This document shows positions 59,759 through 64,000 of a stretch of 64,000 bases of DNA, in pieces. Source of the stretch: Tubulanus polymorphus (taxonomy: Eukaryota; Animalia; Nemertea); contig NC_134035.1 in NCBI RefSeq assembly GCF_964204645.1, forward strand, positions 3,348,001-3,412,000. Reading direction: 5' to 3'. Under the pieces are notes generated by a model that saw nothing but the letters and a program-made list of their open reading frames with translations, searched no databases and was not told where the DNA came from. The position numbers and the translations under genes were made by a program. Position 1 is the first letter of the stretch. Each line of letters starts with the position of its first letter.

Positions 59759-61311
59759 ATTCCCAGACTATTCGAGTAACATGTCGTCATTTTTTTTTTG
59801 AAACAAAAAATCACTTGCGCGCGATCGTTGTATTTTTACGTACGGAGTTAATTAATTCAGACAGAAGGTTAGGTGCACTCCAGTACTGAAGTTATACCAA
59901 TTCTATAATTCAATGTAGTGGTCTCATAAGTCCCCCTCAATCTACCCCTGCTCGTCGATCTACGTTTGAAGTGCACAGTTAGATTGCTCCTAAAAGTACT
60001 GGGCCCCGGTCAACTCGATGAATTTTACACAGCCACCGCTTTCAATTTCCCAGATTCTCATTTCGGAGAATTAACAAATTTACAGATTGCTTAGATGTCT
60101 CCGCATGAGGATTGTTCAGATTGTTCAGATGTATGTACGGTATTTTTAAAAAAGTCAAAACATTACAATTGCTTTGATATATTTGGCTGAGCTTGAATGA
60201 TAGTCAGTAACCGAACTGCGGTTTAGTGAGCTTCACGATCAGTTGGTTTTAAAGCTTTAATATAAATACGCAAAGCACACCGACACTGTTGGTAAACAAG
60301 TCGTCGTGCCAGTCTTCCCTTGTTTTCAATGTTTGTTAACCGATAAAATCCTAATTAAGATAATAAGTGATCTATCGATGTTAATACATCCTGTTGTAAT
60401 GATGTGTGTGTGTGTGTGTTAAAAATAACATCAACATGTCATCTCTTCCTATCAGATATAAATCATATCCTACTAACTGCAACGCAAACGCTTCCCCGCT
60501 GGTCTGAAGAGTATTTGCGAGGTCAGCGTTCATACGAACTGTATTTTTCTTGTAAATATTTGATCGCCTGTCTGGAAGTTTATCGTGTAACTGCTTTAAA
60601 TGGTTGTAAATAATAATCAATATTTTGTCAATATCAATTAAATGTAAATAAATAAACAGATAATTGTGACATTGGTAGATAATGTATAATCGTTCGTCAA
60701 ACAAGTTTCTACGTAGTTTGTTTAGTTTGTTTTAGTTTGACCTGTACAGTCACATCGACATCCTGCGGTTCCCGTGTCTACTGCATTCCTCAGATAAACC
60801 TCTGTTTATCAATTCATTTCATCGGAAATTCGATTTCATTCTCCATAACTTTTCCATACCCCGGTTATAAATTTTCCACAAACCTAGAACATAGGCAACG
60901 TGTAGGCCCATTCAAAGTATATTTGGGCCAATTATCGGATACCATTGACAGCGTTTTCATAAATATTATCTTCGAATGTCTCCTGTTATCTGGCACGTGA
61001 CATGTAAAACAATTAGGTTTAAAGCGTGAAGTTCAAAATGGAAGGAAAACTTTTTTCAGAACTGATTTTCCTTACCTTTTCCATTGCGTATAAAACAAAC
61101 GTTCCACAGCTTTTCCAGAAGTTGGAAGAAAAAAACTCCCATTTTCCGAATCTTTGTAAGAACCCTGCTTTTCGACTCTGGACACAAACGCAGTCGACTA
61201 TTAACGTTTTACCTTATTTATTCCTTCATTAAATCCGACACACTCAAAAATCTACAAACGAGTACTTTTTTCGCTCTCGGTTCTTAGAAACTCGGTCGCA
61301 GCGAGTTCGCG

Positions 61312-63658
61312 CTAACGGAACTTCCCTTTCCACTCGAAATCGTAGCGACTCGCCCAAAAGTGACAACCGTGGGAGTTCGTCTTCAACAGATGCTCGAACG
61401 TGAACGGGTTCAGATTCTGGCGTTCGATACGCTCGAGTTCGCCGTCGCGTTCATCCAGAATCTCCTGACTGACGACCTCGGCGTTGAACGGCAACTTCAA
61501 CGCGACCATCGACATCCAGTCCTCGACCTCCTCGAACTCCGCGTGACCTCCGACCTCGATGATCACGCGACCGGCCTTCACCGGCGTGACGTAGTGGTCG
61601 ATCGAACCCTTTCCGCCGCCCATGCGGTGGCCTTGGCCTTTTTTCGTGATTGGTTTCCACGGCGCGTCGACGCGCCACACGGCGAACATGCGTTTCTCGT
61701 CGAGGTTGCGATTGATCGTCAGTCGTATCAGTTCTAAATGTCCGTGTCGCAGCTTGCCACCGGTGAGAGCCTTGGAAAAACAAACGAAAAAGAAGCACGC
61801 GTTGAAATTTCCGGTTAATACCCCGGTAAATGAAAATACAAGCTCCCTACGGATCAGTCATTCCCGGATACAAGGAGTTTTCAAGGAGAAAATTTCAAGG
61901 AAGGTCTGCATCACTTTCGTATCCCAAATACTGTAGACTCCTACTAAATTGGTAATGTTGTTTCTCGGTAAACCATTCATTGGTTTCATTCAACGGTTTT
62001 ATAAGCAAATTGTACCTTTAACTCAAATCATAGAGTCACTAACCCCTTCCAATGCAGACATTTTTTGCAATCATTCGATACAGTTTAAAATGGATTAAAA
62101 ATCAATGTTTTAGGTCAACTGCCAGTCCTTTCTCATCCTAATAAGACTTATCAGGTATTTACCACCATAAACGGACTGAGCTAGGCCACCTGGTATGCTC
62201 TCAAGTCAAGTTGAAATAGACATAAGTATTTCGTCATAGGCCAGAAAACCTACCCGTTATACACTACATTCAAGGGACAATAACAAAACCTTCGAAACTG
62301 CGCGATACTTACGATGATAGCATATTGTTTATGTATGAGTTTGTTGTGTACGAGTTCGGGGCCGCGCATGTCGATCAAACGCTTCGACATTTTCGGCACG
62401 CGCATCGTCGCCGGATACTGAGGAACTTTCTCCAATATCTTCAAACGCCGTCGTTCCGGAAATTCCACGTCTACGTTCGGGAAAACGAGAGAAAACTAAA
62501 TTCAGTACCAGGGTCCTTATGGAACAGTCATTCCTGGATATACAGGGTCCCTACAGATCAGTCATTCCTGGATATACAGGGTCCCTACAGACAGTCATTA
62601 CAGAATTTAAGGACTTTTAAAGGAGAAACTTTCAAATTTTGGGAAGCGTCTGCATTGCGTTCGTGTTCTGTTACAGTAGACTCCTCCTAAATCAGTATGA
62701 TTACTGTTTTTCTCAGTAAACCATTAATTCAGTGGAATCTGTGTGCAAGGCATAAGACGTCAATAAACTAGGCCTAAAACCTAAAAAGTTTCTAATTGTC
62801 GATTTATCTAAATTCAAGGAGTTTCTGAAGGATTTTAAGACCTTACGATCAAATTCAAAGATATTCACGGACTTTGAAAAACGTTTGGTTTGGAAAAGAG
62901 AATCAAGTTTCAAGGAATCGAGGTGTTGTAGGGACCCTGTGTACGGGTATCAAAAAAGGGACGCACTGAATTCACTTTATTTCTATTATTGTATGTTCGA
63001 TAGTACTTACGATCAAATTTGACGGGCGGTTTTAGATTCATCAGCGTCGCGCATGACACAGTCGTAGCACATCGGGGAATCTCTGTAAATAAATAATGGG
63101 AAATTAGAAATTTAGGCTGAAACAAAAACGGTCGCACGTAAAAACAGTCAAAGCAAATGGCATTCACGGCAAAACATAAAGAATAAGTTATATAAACATG
63201 ACCACAAATTTTGGCTAATTTATGTTTTTGACCGCAGTAGAAACTAGCCAACCACATTCTGGATCCTTTAGAAAAAGACGATATAAAATTCTCTGTGAGA
63301 GACGCAATTTTCAGAATTTGAGGGGATTTTGGGGGGCCAAGGGCTAAAACCCAGAATTTGAGGGATTTTGTACAGTCAAAAATGGATTATGGAATTTGAG
63401 GGGCTGTAGGAACCCCGCAGAAGCAGCCATTGGCAAAATAGCGAGTTAACAGGAATAATACTGCATTGGCAAAAAAATATCACCTGCCCTCCTAGTCCTA
63501 CTATCAAAAACCCAGAAACAAATAAAATCCAACAAGAAGACAGTTTACGAGCCCCTCCTGTGTTTTTACAACTGACCCAGCAACTTTCGCTGTATTGAAT
63601 CTATGTTTCTCCGCGAGCAGACGGCTAGTGGTCGCCTGATTATTGAGGACATCATCAT
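61312..63658 (-). CDS. MRPL16: Mitochondrial ribosomal protein L16 (uL16m), 256 aa
   Basis: Exons 63577-63658, 63011-63082, 62313-62470, 61312-61770. Arg-rich presequence MMMSSIIRRPLAVCSRR. Motifs KRLIDMRGPE and FAVWRVDAPWKPITKKGQGHRMGGGKGSIDHYVTPVKAGRVIIEVGG. Confidence 0.95.
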
Positions 63659-64000
63659 TCTGTCGGATTTTATTAGTTAAATCTCCTGAGAAATGAATTT
63701 TTTTACTACAGCTAAATAAAATGACAAAATTGTTTCGCTGCGGCTGTATTGTTTTATGGTAGTCCTAAATAGCGACGAAAACCGACTCAATAAAATTAAA
63801 TAATAATTTTTGGCTGGCCGAGTCTAGAGACACATAAGGCGAAAACCGAGGTAAACTGGTACCATGTAATTTTTTAGGGGGAGGACTGCCAGAAATATGT
63901 GTAAGCAGTGACCCTAGGTGCCCCCTTGTTCAAACTGAACCTGGCGATCGATCCGCCCCTGTCTCAGTCTTGTCGAATCCAGTGAAGCCGATTAATATAG

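Overview
AT-rich, intron-containing eukaryotic DNA, most likely from a marine invertebrate (probably a lophotrochozoan; this is an inference). I spliced the genes by hand using GT-AG sites and reading-frame continuity. In order: (1) an 11/12-exon SLC1/EAAT-family transporter on the minus strand (31378 to 16005, or to 14310); (2) three intronless FMRFamide-receptor-like class A GPCRs in a ~3-3.6 kb tandem triplication, which also copied MRPS21 exon 1 twice as dead fragments; (3) intact MRPS21 (+); (4) DNAAF1/LRRC50 (-); (5) a glycoside hydrolase family 1 gene (+) with two homologous alternative first coding exons; (6) MRPL16 (-). Many MITEs, LINE and SINE remnants and minisatellites lie between them. 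The most notable signal is the SLC1 protein. It keeps the acidic-substrate residues of TM8 but has lost both Na+-binding aspartates, and it has Lys in place of the NMDG Met, so it is a candidate Na+-independent glutamate/aspartate carrier. Also notable are GPCR divergence concentrated in the ligand-facing loops and a GH1 gene that may encode both signal-peptide and signal-less isoforms. No prokaryotic features (CRISPR, operons) are present, and most short ORFs in the track are spurious.
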